Shown here: one piece after another, positions 1 to 8,937 of the stretch
Layout of the letters: each line of letters begins with the position of its first letter
How positions within the stretch are numbered: the first letter of the stretch is position 1
Assembly: GCA_050115675.1 (NCBI GenBank)
Contig: JASFQB010000001.1
Span: 96,616 to 160,615 of the forward strand
DNA from: Candidatus Woesebacteria bacterium
Lineage (GTDB): Bacteria; Patescibacteriota; Saccharimonadia; Saccharimonadales; EFPC-124
Direction: 5' to 3'
Length of the DNA: 64,000 nt
Position numbers and translations under genes: made by a program
Notes under the pieces: model-generated
What the model was told of the DNA's origin: nothing
The model's input: the letters and a program-made list of their open reading frames with translations, nothing else
The model's database searches: none

Positions 1-34
1 TGACGATGAAGTAATAGTAAGATATTTTATAGTT

Positions 35-79
35 ATGCATAGTTATTGTGTGTTTTTTAGTCGCTTTTTTATCGCCTGA
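35..79 (+). CDS. Phe-rich leader peptide (MHSYCVFFSRFFIA), pheL-like
   Basis: 14-codon ORF read from the sequence, with two TTT-TTT Phe pairs, directly upstream of pheA and overlapping alternative hairpins. Confidence 0.7.
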   Translation: MHSYCVFFSRFFIA

Positions 80-138
80 TGGGCGGGTTGTTAAGGGTAC
101 TAAAGCACAAAAACAATCCGCCAAAAGGCGGTTTTTTT
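72..138 (+). promoter_or_regulatory. Ribosome-mediated transcription attenuator (1:2 pause, 2:3 antiterminator, 3:4 terminator)
   Basis: TCGCCT(72-77) pairs with GGGCGG(81-86); GGCGGGTTGTT(82-92) pairs with AACAATCCGCC(112-122); CCGCC-AAAA-GGCGG plus T7 (118-138). Confidence 0.7.
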
Positions 139-150
139 AAATGAGGTTAT

Positions 151-1218
151 ATGGATAAATTATCAGAGCTACGAGATCAAATAGACAAAGTCAACGCTCA
201 ATTGATTGAACTACTAAACACGCGTGCAACCTTGGCTAAAATGGTTGGACAAGTAAAGGGTGATGCGCCGAAATTTGCGCCAGCGCGCGAGGCAGAAGTC
301 ATAAAAGAGTGTCAAAAAAGCAACAAAGGTCCACTACCCAGCAAAGCAATTGACGCAATTATGCGCGAGGTTATTGGCGCTTGTCTTAATTTAGAGCAAC
401 AGCTTAAAGTTGCATACTTGGGACCGGATGGAACCTACAGCCAAATTGCTGCACAAAAGCGCTTTGGAGCAATGACGCAGTATGTTCCATGTAAAAGCAT
501 CGACCTAGCCATTGCTACGGTATCGCGTGGTTTGGCAGATGTGGCTGTTGTTCCTGTAGAAAACAGCATTGAAGGCCCAGTCACTCGCACGCTAGATTTA
601 CTATACGGAGCTGGCTTGACTGTTTGTGGCGAGGTCATATTGCCAATTAACCATCAGCTGCTGGCAAATGTAGATTTTGCTAAAATAACAGAGGTAAAAT
701 CTCATCCGCAGTCGTTGGCTCAATGTCATTTATGGCTGCAAAATAATCTGCCAAATGCAAAAATTACCCCTGTTGCAAGCAATGCAGAGGCCGCAAAACA
801 AGCATCTGATAAAAATTCTACTTGCGCGGCAATTGCTAGCACTCAGGCGGGCGAGCTTTATGGCTTGAAAGTACTGGCTGGCAATATTGCTGACGAGCAA
901 AACAACACCACGCGCTTTTTGATGGTAGGTGAGGGTATTGATAATTAAGCCACTAAAGACGATATAACAGCGTTGGTTTGCACTGTGTTGCACGCTCCGG
1001 GAGCTTTGCATGATTTGTTGGGCGAATTTGCTAAAAGCAGTGTAAACGTTTTGCGGTTGGTGCCTAGGCCAGAACCTCATGAGGTGTGGAGGTACAGGTT
1101 CTACCTAGATGTTTCTGGCAGTAAGTATGATAAAAATTTAGGCTTGGCATTGCAAAATATAAAAAATCGTAAAATTGCGCAAGTAAAGATTTTAGGCTCC
1201 TACCCAAAAGAGACATAA
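151..1218 (+). pseudogene. pheA: Chorismate mutase/prephenate dehydratase, split by an in-frame TAA (946-948) before the ACT domain
   Basis: N-terminal CM (LRDQIDKVNAQLIELLNTRA); PDT motifs YLGPDGTYS, PVENSIEG, SHPQSLAQC, NTTRF; ACT domain (PGALHDLL..YRFYLDV..LGSYP) continues in the same frame after the stop. Confidence 0.85.
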
Positions 1219-1283
1219 TAAAGGTGGCAAACTAGTGATTAGCCAATCCGCCACCGGTTGCTAGGTAGGTGCATTATGTCCGA

Positions 1284-1478
1284 TCAGTAGTCGGGGCCGT
1301 CGCCTCCGTGGCTGCGAGGGCTGCGGCGTGGCGGACGATCAAACGCCGTCTTATCGCCAGCCCTGTACTGATCAACTCTGTCCTTGGCTTCCTTGCCACG
1401 ACTGATGATGGTAATAACTAGACCACCAATTGCCGCGAGTGTACCAAACATGACAATCTCCCTAGATGGTTGCAACAA
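1284..1478 (-). CDS. Small membrane protein
   Basis: 64-aa ORF with one hydrophobic helix; start uncertain. Confidence 0.4.
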   Translation of the reverse strand: MLQPSREIVMFGTLAAIGGLVITIISRGKEAKDRVDQYRAGDKTAFDRPPRRSPRSHGGDGPDY

Positions 1479-1503
1479 TCTTACTTAAATTATTTTAGCA
1501 TGT

Positions 1504-1917
1504 TTATTCATTTGCCTCAGCCTCCTCTGCGTCTTCTTTGGTTGGGTGAATTGTGCCGTGCGGGTGGTGTGCTGGTCCGTAGACAGAATAAACCTTAAGG
1601 TCTTCTTGCCCGGTATTTATAACGTTGTGCCAGGTTCCTGCTGGTACAAAAATTGCATCCTCGCTTTTTGCGGGTTGTGATGTTAAATCGTCTTGACTCG
1701 GGCCCATTTTAACTTTAGCCTGACCTTGCTCTATGCGCAAAAATTGGTCGTTGTCGTTGTGAACTTCTAGGCCGATGTCGTGACCTGGTGCAATTGACAT
1801 TACAGTAAGCTGCAAGTTTTTGCCTGTCCAAATGGTTGCGCGATAATTATTATTTTGTATTGTTGCCTGCTCGATATTTGTTACATAAGGCGCTGGGCCG
1901 TGATCTGTTGTATCCAT
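1504..1917 (-). CDS. Cupin domain protein
   Basis: Cupin motifs EVHNDNDQFLRIEQG and IFVPAGTWHNVINTG. Confidence 0.85.
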   Translation of the reverse strand: MDTTDHGPAPYVTNIEQATIQNNNYRATIWTGKNLQLTVMSIAPGHDIGLEVHNDNDQFLRIEQGQAKVKMGPSQDDLTSQPAKSEDAIFVPAGTWHNVINTGQEDLKVYSVYGPAHHPHGTIHPTKEDAEEAEANE

Positions 1918-2053
1918 GCTATTTCCTCTTTATGTTTTTATTGTACGTGAACTGAGCGTTGCTTAAAAGAGTATTAGGTTGACCGAAGTATATTCATATT
2001 GTAAGATACCTTGTTGTTGAGATATATCGTACCTACCAGTTTTAGGGGGAGTA

Positions 2054-2812
2054 ATGGGCTTCGAGGCTTTTGCCTTGGTGCTGATGCTGCTTATCACTTT
2101 TGTTTTTAGAAAGCAGCTGATTCACGAGGTTAAAATGCAAGTGTTGCCTTCGTACGCGAACAAAGTAAAGGCTAGGATTGACCAAGAGCTTGAGCTGTCA
2201 AGGCGTGCTGAAGACGAGCGTATTGCTAATTTGGTCAGAGCTGCAATGAACGTCGAACGCTACAGGTTGAACCAGTTTCTTGATAGAGAACAGAGGGCTT
2301 TTAGCAAGGAATTTGATAATTATCATCGGCAAATTATGGAAGCGGTGAGGGCAACTATTGCGAAATTTGCTAACGAGCAGGTGCCCGACCTGGTAAAAAA
2401 ACTTGTGCAGTTGTCTGTAGAATCGCGAGATGATACCACAGTTATTTCTACTGGTGATTTTGCGGTGTTTTTGCGCCGTATGTATGAGTTTCGGGACAAA
2501 AGGGCAAAGCAGACCGAAGAAGAAAGTGCCAAGCGCAAAGCATTCATTGACGAGCTGCTTGTGTGGGCAAAGAATAATACGGGCAATGGTGACGCAGTTA
2601 GGTACTTACGCGACACCCTAAAAAGCATGGACGATGAACTGCAAGAGCTAAAGGGCGTTTACGAGAGGTACAAAGAAATCACCGAAAGTTTGCATGGAGA
2701 TGACTTTGACTCTATCCTTTTGGATGCAAGAATGGCTGATTGCCGCAATGCCATGGAGCAAATTGCTAAGGAGACGAAGGAGATTGTACAGGCTCTGTCG
2801 AGTTGTAGTTAG
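2054..2812 (+). CDS. Membrane-anchored coiled-coil hypothetical protein
   Basis: N-terminal TM helix, charged helical body, SD-like GGGGAG upstream. Confidence 0.65.
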   Translation: MGFEAFALVLMLLITFVFRKQLIHEVKMQVLPSYANKVKARIDQELELSRRAEDERIANLVRAAMNVERYRLNQFLDREQRAFSKEFDNYHRQIMEAVRATIAKFANEQVPDLVKKLVQLSVESRDDTTVISTGDFAVFLRRMYEFRDKRAKQTEEESAKRKAFIDELLVWAKNNTGNGDAVRYLRDTLKSMDDELQELKGVYERYKEITESLHGDDFDSILLDARMADCRNAMEQIAKETKEIVQALSSCS

Positions 2813-2825
2813 TGTATCGCCAAAG

Positions 2826-2865
2826 TAAAAGCCGCGACTTATCGAAAGTCGCGGCTAGTTTTTTA
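2826..2865. terminator. Intrinsic terminator between convergent genes
   Basis: AGCCGCGACTT...AAGTCGCGGCT stem flanked by A and T runs. Confidence 0.6.
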
Positions 2866-3615
2866 TCACCTGTCTTGTCTAGATAATAAATCTCCTGCTA
2901 TTCTGCGGATTTCGGCCTCAATTTGAGACCATTCTGCGGTTGAAGTGCTGCAGGTAACATCTTTGTAGGCTTTGAGTGTTGTGCGGTTTAGTGCAATAAG
3001 CTCGCCGTCACCGATGATGCTGTACCATATAGAAGTCACTCCTCCAACTATAATGTTTCTATCGCGGAGAACAACTTGCTTGTATGCTTTAACTTTTCCT
3101 AGTACAACGCAGCCTGTTAATTCTACATGCCCATAACGGCTGACGACGTCATCTAAAACTAAAGCGTGTGACAATCTTACAGATCTCGAAGCTTCTACGT
3201 TTGCCAGTGCTGCATTAGCGGCGTCGACTTTGCCGTGTTGGCTTTTTAGAGAAGTGCGAATTTGGCCCCTTAAATCTCTTTTAAAGGAGGACAGATTAGG
3301 ATTTACCCCAAGCGCTTTCAAAAAACGTTGCATGCCCCCTGGCTGTGGTTCTGCAAGATCGCTGCCAAGTTTGTCGGCAAGTTCTAGTAGTTTGCTGGCA
3401 ACTTCTTCGTATCCGATAGTCAACCCTTGACTAATCAGCATTATCGCAATTTCTTGGTGGCCCATTTCGACCAGGCTTGAAATCTTGACACTGCCAATTA
3501 GTGTCTTTGCGGCCTGAATTGAACCTAGAGCATTCCAGTACTCGTGGATGCGCGGGTGTTCAAGTAGGTCCTTTACGGTTGGTTCTTGGTTTTGCCTTCT
3601 GAAATAACTAGCCAT
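2866..3615 (-). CDS. Hypothetical protein
   Basis: Long ORF; ATG at 3615 preferred. Confidence 0.6.
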   Translation of the reverse strand: MASYFRRQNQEPTVKDLLEHPRIHEYWNALGSIQAAKTLIGSVKISSLVEMGHQEIAIMLISQGLTIGYEEVASKLLELADKLGSDLAEPQPGGMQRFLKALGVNPNLSSFKRDLRGQIRTSLKSQHGKVDAANAALANVEASRSVRLSHALVLDDVVSRYGHVELTGCVVLGKVKAYKQVVLRDRNIIVGGVTSIWYSIIGDGELIALNRTTLKAYKDVTCSTSTAEWSQIEAEIRRIAGDLLSRQDR

Positions 3616-3741
3616 TACCCCACCTGATGAGCCGTAGAGATAGGACAAAGTATATAATAACACTTTCGTTAATAATGTACAGGTTAATCATAAAAACGAT
3701 GTACATGTGGGTGGAAATTGTGTTATAATAACAGATATTAA

Positions 3742-3818
3742 GCACCCGTAGCTCAGCGGATTAGAGTACTTGGCTTCGAACCAAGTGGTCGCAAGTTCGA
3801 ATCTTGCCGGGTGTACCA
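3742..3818 (+). tRNA. tRNA-Arg(TCG)
   Basis: Cloverleaf GCACCCG..TAGCTCAGCGGA..CTTGG-CTTCGAA-CCAAG..GTTCGAATC..CGGGTGTACCA. Confidence 0.95.
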
Positions 3819-3855
3819 AGATAAAACCCTCACACGCGTGAGGGTTTTATCTTGG
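3816..3855 (+). terminator. Long hairpin downstream of tRNA-Arg
   Basis: CCAAGATAAAACCCTCAC / GTGAGGGTTTTATCTTGG perfect inverted repeat. Confidence 0.65.
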
Positions 3856-3914
3856 TCGACTTAAGGTAGTAGTTGCTCATGTTAATTAAAGATATTAACA
3901 TAGTATTATGGTAA

Positions 3915-6900
3915 ATGCTTATGCAAAAAGATCTTAGTGCGGCTGCTATGATAGATCGTGTTAAAAAATGGCTATTAATTGCCAAGGTGCTGGCGATGCT
4001 TTTGTTGCTAGCGCTATTGGGTGCTTGGGGCTCGCTTTTTGCAAAAGAAATCCTAGAGATGCCGGTAGGCTATACCTATACTGCCGATATCGTGTCATAC
4101 GATAATCTGTACGATTCTCAAAAACAACAGTATTCTGGCAGTGTTCAATCTAAAACGCTGTTTAGTTATAAGGCTTCTGGGGCAGAAGGTGATGTAAATA
4201 CTGTTGATGCGCTATTTAGCGTCAGTACTGTCGACGACGAGCCAATTTTTTCTGTTACAAGACAGTACGGTATTGACCACGAATCATTTATGCATGTAAA
4301 AGGTCATGGCGACAAAGATCGTGAGGGCTATTTGTTTGGTCCAAAAGGAGTGGTGGACAGTTTTAAGTATTGGCATATAAATTATGATCAGCCACTTACA
4401 ATGATGTATGATGGCGAAGAAGATATCCAGGGTCTTAAAACAATAAAATATACAAGCCATTTTACGGCAGATCAAACCGCAAACTTGACCAATCTTTCTG
4501 ATGTAGGTGTGACAAAAGGCATAAATCTTGATGGCGAAATCACACTATGGATTGAGCCAGAGACCGGTGATTTAATTAAGTACCAAGACGCCGCAACAGC
4601 ATACTATTATAATTTAGCAACTGGTGAACGTATTGAGCCATGGAACCAGTTTAGCAATCAATTTAGTTTTGACTCTGTTGCTAATCATGTGCGCATGGCG
4701 CAAAACGATAAGGCGTGGTACTTTTTTATAACTCAAGTTGCTTCGGCAGTGATACTGTTGGCGGTCGCAGCTTTAACGGCTTGGTGTGCTATTGACGTTA
4801 GGAATCTTTATAAGTTGCGCATCTCTAGTGTTACATTTGCTATAAATAGCGCAGCCATTATGATAAGCTTGATTGTTATTTTTGCTTGGATTATAGATGG
4901 TAATTCAGATGTTGTGGCATTGTTTGGAGACGCCTCAGAGGCAAATCCAATAATGGCGGTATGCGTACTTGTTTTATGCTTGTTAAAGATTGTTATGTCT
5001 TTGTTTAAGTTAAAGACCAGAGGACTTGTTCTAATTATTTTACTAGCTTTGGCTATGTTACTTTTATTATGCGCGAGCATACTTTGCAGTGTGTTTGGAG
5101 TATATATCCCGTTTATCTTTGGTTCATCTTTGATGCTTCCGGCAGTATTAGTGGCGGTAATATTGTTAAATGTCAATTGTCTTGTTTTGGCCTTCTGTTA
5201 TCTTGGTAAGCGTTATCCTGCTGTTTTATTGGCCTCGGTGCTAACACTGTTATTTATTGGGACTGTATCAGTCATAAGCAGCTTTTATCAGTTTGATTTT
5301 ACGCAACAGTCTAATTGGTATAGGCCGTTAAATTCGTATAGCGCAATATTATTTATGCTACTTGCAGTGGCCGACTGGCAGTCAAAGCCGATGGCGGGTG
5401 GCGGGTGGACACACAAGATTCATAAGCCTTATCTATGGGCGTTGGTTGTTATATTTGCCGGAGTATCGGTCACGGGCCTGGCTTGGAATGCAATAAAAGA
5501 CGTAATTGATCGCGGCGATACCTTACAGTTTCAGGCGGATGCAAATAAGATAGAAAACCTTGTTGAGCACAGTCTTGATGACTATGTTAATGTTTTGTTT
5601 GGCGCTAGAAGTCTATTTGCAGCCTCGGGGGACATCGACAGGGAGGAGTGGAAAGCCTATGTTGATGGATTGGATATGCCTATAAATTACCCTGGAAACC
5701 AAGGGGTTGGATTTTCTTTGGTGGTTCCAGTATCGCAAAAAGACGCTGTTGAGGCCAGAATCAGAAGCGAAGGCTTTTTGGATTTCGCTATAAACCCTGT
5801 TGATCCCCCAAGAGATGAATACACTGCCATTGTTTACCTTGAGCCGTTTGACGAAAGAAACCAGCGTGCTTTTGGCTATGACATGTTTTCAGAACCTGTA
5901 AGGCATGAGGCCATGTCTAGGGCAAAAGGCACCTATGATGCAGCTGCGAGTGGAAAAGTCACATTGTTACAAGAAACTTCAGAAGATGTGCAGGCGGGAT
6001 TTTTAATTTATGTTCCAGTTTACAAGGGCGGAGCAGAAGGCTTAGTGTCGCAGGATGAAAAAGACGACCTATTGGGTTATGTATACAGTCCCATTAGGAT
6101 GGGCGACTTTATGGACTCTGTGATTAAAGGACAAACTGGTGGAATAGGAGTTGAGGTATTTGATTCTGAGGATAAGTCTAGTGCTAGTGACCAGAATTTA
6201 ATGTACTCATCAAGCACTATTTCTGACGCAAACGCTGCCTTTAGCGCGTATGAAAAAGTAGAAATTGGCGGGCGCACATGGACAGTGTATTATTATAGCT
6301 TGCCAGGATATGTAACAAGCATATCGCAGGGTGTCCCAATAGCCGTATTGGTTGCAGGTTATGTTATAAGCGTCTTGTTAGGACTGGTTGTCTTTGGTTT
6401 AGTAAATTCAAGACAGCGGGCGTTACGACTGGCTCAGAACATAACAAAAGACTTAAAGTTTGAGCGAAATATGGCTGTTCGCACAGAGAAAAAAGACGAG
6501 GCAATACTTTCTAGTATAGGCGAAGGCCTTATCTTGTACGGAGTTAATGGTACAATCGAGCGCATGAACGAGGCCTCGTTAAAAATGCTTGGCATCAAAA
6601 ATGCTAATGTGGTTGGGATGGAGTTTACCGAGGTATTAAAGGCGGCAGACAAAAATGGTAAACCATTAGCTCATATTAAGCGTCCTTCTGTGCTGGCGGT
6701 AAAAAATAATCAGCTGATAAATACTAAACTTATTTACTTCAGAAAAGATGGCTCTCATTTTCCGGCAGAAATTACCGTTGCTCCAATTTCTACCCCCCGA
6801 GGGGGCGTAATCGGTGCCGTTGAGGTGTTTAGAGATATTACGCAAGAAGAAGCTCTTGATCAGGCTAAGACTGATTTTATATCTTTGGCTTCGCATCAAT

Positions 6901-7598
6901 TGCGTACACCGCTAACAAATACTAAATGGCTGCTAGAAATATTAATGTCAGGTGACGTAGGCAAGCTAAAGTCCAAGCAGCAAAAAATTGCAAAAGATCT
7001 TAACGACTCAAACGAGAGCTTAATAGAACTGGTAGTCTCGCTGTTAAATGTTACTCGTATCGAATCTGGCCGAATACGAATCACCCCAACATCTGTAAAT
7101 GTTTGCAAATTAGTTTCTGATGCTGTGAGCACGGTCAGTCCAAGGCTTAAAGAAAAAAATCAAAAAATCGATTTTGAATGCGCAAAACTGCCAAAAATTA
7201 TGCTAGATGAAAATATGGTAAGGCAGGTTGTTTTAAATCTGTTGACCAACGCTATAAAATATTCTCCAAATGATACTCAAATATCTGTTAGCGTAACGCG
7301 AGATGGAAAGGATGCTTTAGTCAAGGTTAAAGATAATGGCTATGGAATACCAAAAGAGCAACAAAAAGACGTGTTTGGTAAGTTCTTCAGGGCAAAAAAT
7401 ATTGCTCAAAAAGTTCCAGAAGGCAACGGGTTGGGCTTGTATCTTGTAGAGCAGATAGTACGTGCATCAGGAGGTAAAATTTGGTTTGAAAGCATCCAAG
7501 ACAAGGGTACGGCATTCTACTTTACAGTCCCGCTTAAGGGAGTGCATGCTAAGAAAGGAGAAGTTGCTATAGAAGAAAGGGGTGTAGTGTCTCAATAA
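3915..7598 (+). CDS. Multi-sensor histidine kinase (DUF3068-like extracellular domain, multi-TM region, CHASE, PAS, HisKA, HATPase)
   Basis: CHASE motifs (YLEPFDERNQRAFGYDMFSEPVRHEAM, SGKVTLLQE), PAS end VEVFRDIT, H-box ASHQLRTPLT, N-box NLLTNAIKYS, G-boxes DNGYGI and GNGLGL. Confidence 0.9.
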   Translation: MLMQKDLSAAAMIDRVKKWLLIAKVLAMLLLLALLGAWGSLFAKEILEMPVGYTYTADIVSYDNLYDSQKQQYSGSVQSKTLFSYKASGAEGDVNTVDALFSVSTVDDEPIFSVTRQYGIDHESFMHVKGHGDKDREGYLFGPKGVVDSFKYWHINYDQPLTMMYDGEEDIQGLKTIKYTSHFTADQTANLTNLSDVGVTKGINLDGEITLWIEPETGDLIKYQDAATAYYYNLATGERIEPWNQFSNQFSFDSVANHVRMAQNDKAWYFFITQVASAVILLAVAALTAWCAIDVRNLYKLRISSVTFAINSAAIMISLIVIFAWIIDGNSDVVALFGDASEANPIMAVCVLVLCLLKIVMSLFKLKTRGLVLIILLALAMLLLLCASILCSVFGVYIPFIFGSSLMLPAVLVAVILLNVNCLVLAFCYLGKRYPAVLLASVLTLLFIGTVSVISSFYQFDFTQQSNWYRPLNSYSAILFMLLAVADWQSKPMAGGGWTHKIHKPYLWALVVIFAGVSVTGLAWNAIKDVIDRGDTLQFQADANKIENLVEHSLDDYVNVLFGARSLFAASGDIDREEWKAYVDGLDMPINYPGNQGVGFSLVVPVSQKDAVEARIRSEGFLDFAINPVDPPRDEYTAIVYLEPFDERNQRAFGYDMFSEPVRHEAMSRAKGTYDAAASGKVTLLQETSEDVQAGFLIYVPVYKGGAEGLVSQDEKDDLLGYVYSPIRMGDFMDSVIKGQTGGIGVEVFDSEDKSSASDQNLMYSSSTISDANAAFSAYEKVEIGGRTWTVYYYSLPGYVTSISQGVPIAVLVAGYVISVLLGLVVFGLVNSRQRALRLAQNITKDLKFERNMAVRTEKKDEAILSSIGEGLILYGVNGTIERMNEASLKMLGIKNANVVGMEFTEVLKAADKNGKPLAHIKRPSVLAVKNNQLINTKLIYFRKDGSHFPAEITVAPISTPRGGVIGAVEVFRDITQEEALDQAKTDFISLASHQLRTPLTNTKWLLEILMSGDVGKLKSKQQKIAKDLNDSNESLIELVVSLLNVTRIESGRIRITPTSVNVCKLVSDAVSTVSPRLKEKNQKIDFECAKLPKIMLDENMVRQVVLNLLTNAIKYSPNDTQISVSVTRDGKDALVKVKDNGYGIPKEQQKDVFGKFFRAKNIAQKVPEGNGLGLYLVEQIVRASGGKIWFESIQDKGTAFYFTVPLKGVHAKKGEVAIEERGVVSQ

Positions 7599-7946
7599 AA
7601 GGCTGTAAAATATTATGGCTAGTAATAAAATTGCATTACAAAGATAAGGTTATTTTTGTATCTTCAGGCTGCGGCTCTGTTAATTGGCAATATTGCAGGT
7701 TGGTATACGGTTTGTAGTGAATTTATGGATTATTGCAATAATAGATAGCACCTTAATTAATCCATGGGCGTCAGCTTGTTTATACGGTTCGATTGCGTTT
7801 TTTTGTTGCATTCATTTGGACAGTTTTTGTAATTTTCAAAAAAGAACATGCTAACCTAACCAACCACGAGAAAAACTGTGGCTTTTGCTGTTGCGCGCAG
7901 GGGTAAACGGACTCTTCCGAATAGCGCTTGCTATTAAATCTACTAA

Positions 7947-8023
7947 TGGAGGGCCATCTGGGGATCGAACCCAGGACACCCTGCTTAAGAGGCAGGTGCT
8001 CTAACCGGCTGAGCTAATGGCCC
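7947..8023 (-). tRNA. tRNA-Lys(CTT)
   Basis: Reverse complement GGGCCATTAGCTCAG..CCTGC-CTCTTAA-GCAGG..GGTTCGATCC..ATGGCCCTCCA. Confidence 0.95.
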
Positions 8024-8126
8024 ACGACAAGTAGCATTATACAAGATTTAATTGGTTTTTAAAAGACCATATGCACCAAAAGACATACTAGTTGCCAGCT
8101 GGCCAAAAAGTTTTTATAATATAACT

Positions 8127-8369
8127 ATGGAACAAAATTATTCAAACAGACGAAACTACTTCATTGCTTTAATTTTAAGTATCTTTGTGGGGCAATTGGG
8201 TGTTGATAGATTTTATTTAGGAAAAATCGGCACTGGTCTTCTTAAGCTTATCACAGTAGGCGGTTTTGGTATTTGGTGGATTATCGATATTGTTTTAATC
8301 GCAACTGGTGACATGCGGGATGTAAATGGTCGGCCATTGACGCGCAAGTTTGATATACCTACAGAATAA
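8127..8369 (+). CDS. TM2 domain protein
   Basis: LSIFVGQLGVDRFYLGKIGTGLLKLITVGGFGIWWIIDI is the TM2 signature. Confidence 0.85.
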   Translation: MEQNYSNRRNYFIALILSIFVGQLGVDRFYLGKIGTGLLKLITVGGFGIWWIIDIVLIATGDMRDVNGRPLTRKFDIPTE

Positions 8370-8421
8370 GCTATACTTAAGTAATGTAAATGTTGCTGTG
8401 TTCGACCTTTGGAGGTTGATT

Positions 8422-8601
8422 ATGCCTACCATCAAAAGTAAGAAACGCGCAGGTGAACGTTGTCTGAAAAAAGGGTGCACTTGTTGTGACCCTAAAAATC
8501 CTAATGATGGATGTAAAGGTCGTCTTGTGGCTCAACCAGGTAACTTGGTAACATGTGATTGCTGCGGGTTGACCTATGAGCAGGCTGATCCAGTTAGGTA
8601 G
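8422..8601 (+). CDS. Small Cys-rich (putative zinc-binding) protein
   Basis: GGAGG SD; 59 aa with 8 Cys; paralogous to 8704-8850. Confidence 0.6.
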   Translation: MPTIKSKKRAGERCLKKGCTCCDPKNPNDGCKGRLVAQPGNLVTCDCCGLTYEQADPVR

Positions 8602-8647
8602 GTATGCTATTAAGCTAAGCTCAATATGGGCAATAGCTTACAATGCT

Positions 8648-8692
8648 AAGTATACACGCAGCATGATGCAAGAACATGCTGCGTGTATACTT
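8648..8692. terminator. Hairpin between the convergent Cys-rich paralogues
   Basis: 18-bp perfect stem AAGTATACACGCAGCATG / CATGCTGCGTGTATACTT. Confidence 0.65.
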
Positions 8693-8703
8693 TTTAGATC
8701 ATT

Positions 8704-8850
8704 TTACCTCTTATTCCACGATGCGCCACAGCAATTGCATGTAGCGTTATTCGTGTCTTGGGCTACGAGTTTGCCCTTGCACTTTCTTCCACATTTACTG
8801 CATTATTCACCGCAAACGGAGCCAACAATTCTATCGGACGTACTAGGCAT
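8704..8850 (-). pseudogene. Cys-rich paralogue of 8422-8601 with an internal TAA
   Basis: Manual translation MPSTSDRIVGSVCGE*CSKCGRKCKGKLVAQDTNNATCNCCGASWNKR. Confidence 0.55.
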
Positions 8851-8937
8851 GGAAGGTTGCCTTTCGTAAAGAGGTATTTTTTATCCAGAACTCTATTAGT
8901 ACAGGCGTTTTAATTTGGAAAGTTTTTTATGATAAAT

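Noticed and set aside
3816-3855. att site or MITE next to tRNA-Arg
   Set aside because: A single hairpin consistent with a terminator; no second copy or integrase nearby
7615-7910. Possible degraded membrane-protein gene (fragments GWYTVCSEFMDYC and NPWASACLYGSIAF)
   Set aside because: Too fragmented to assign a family or boundaries from sequence alone
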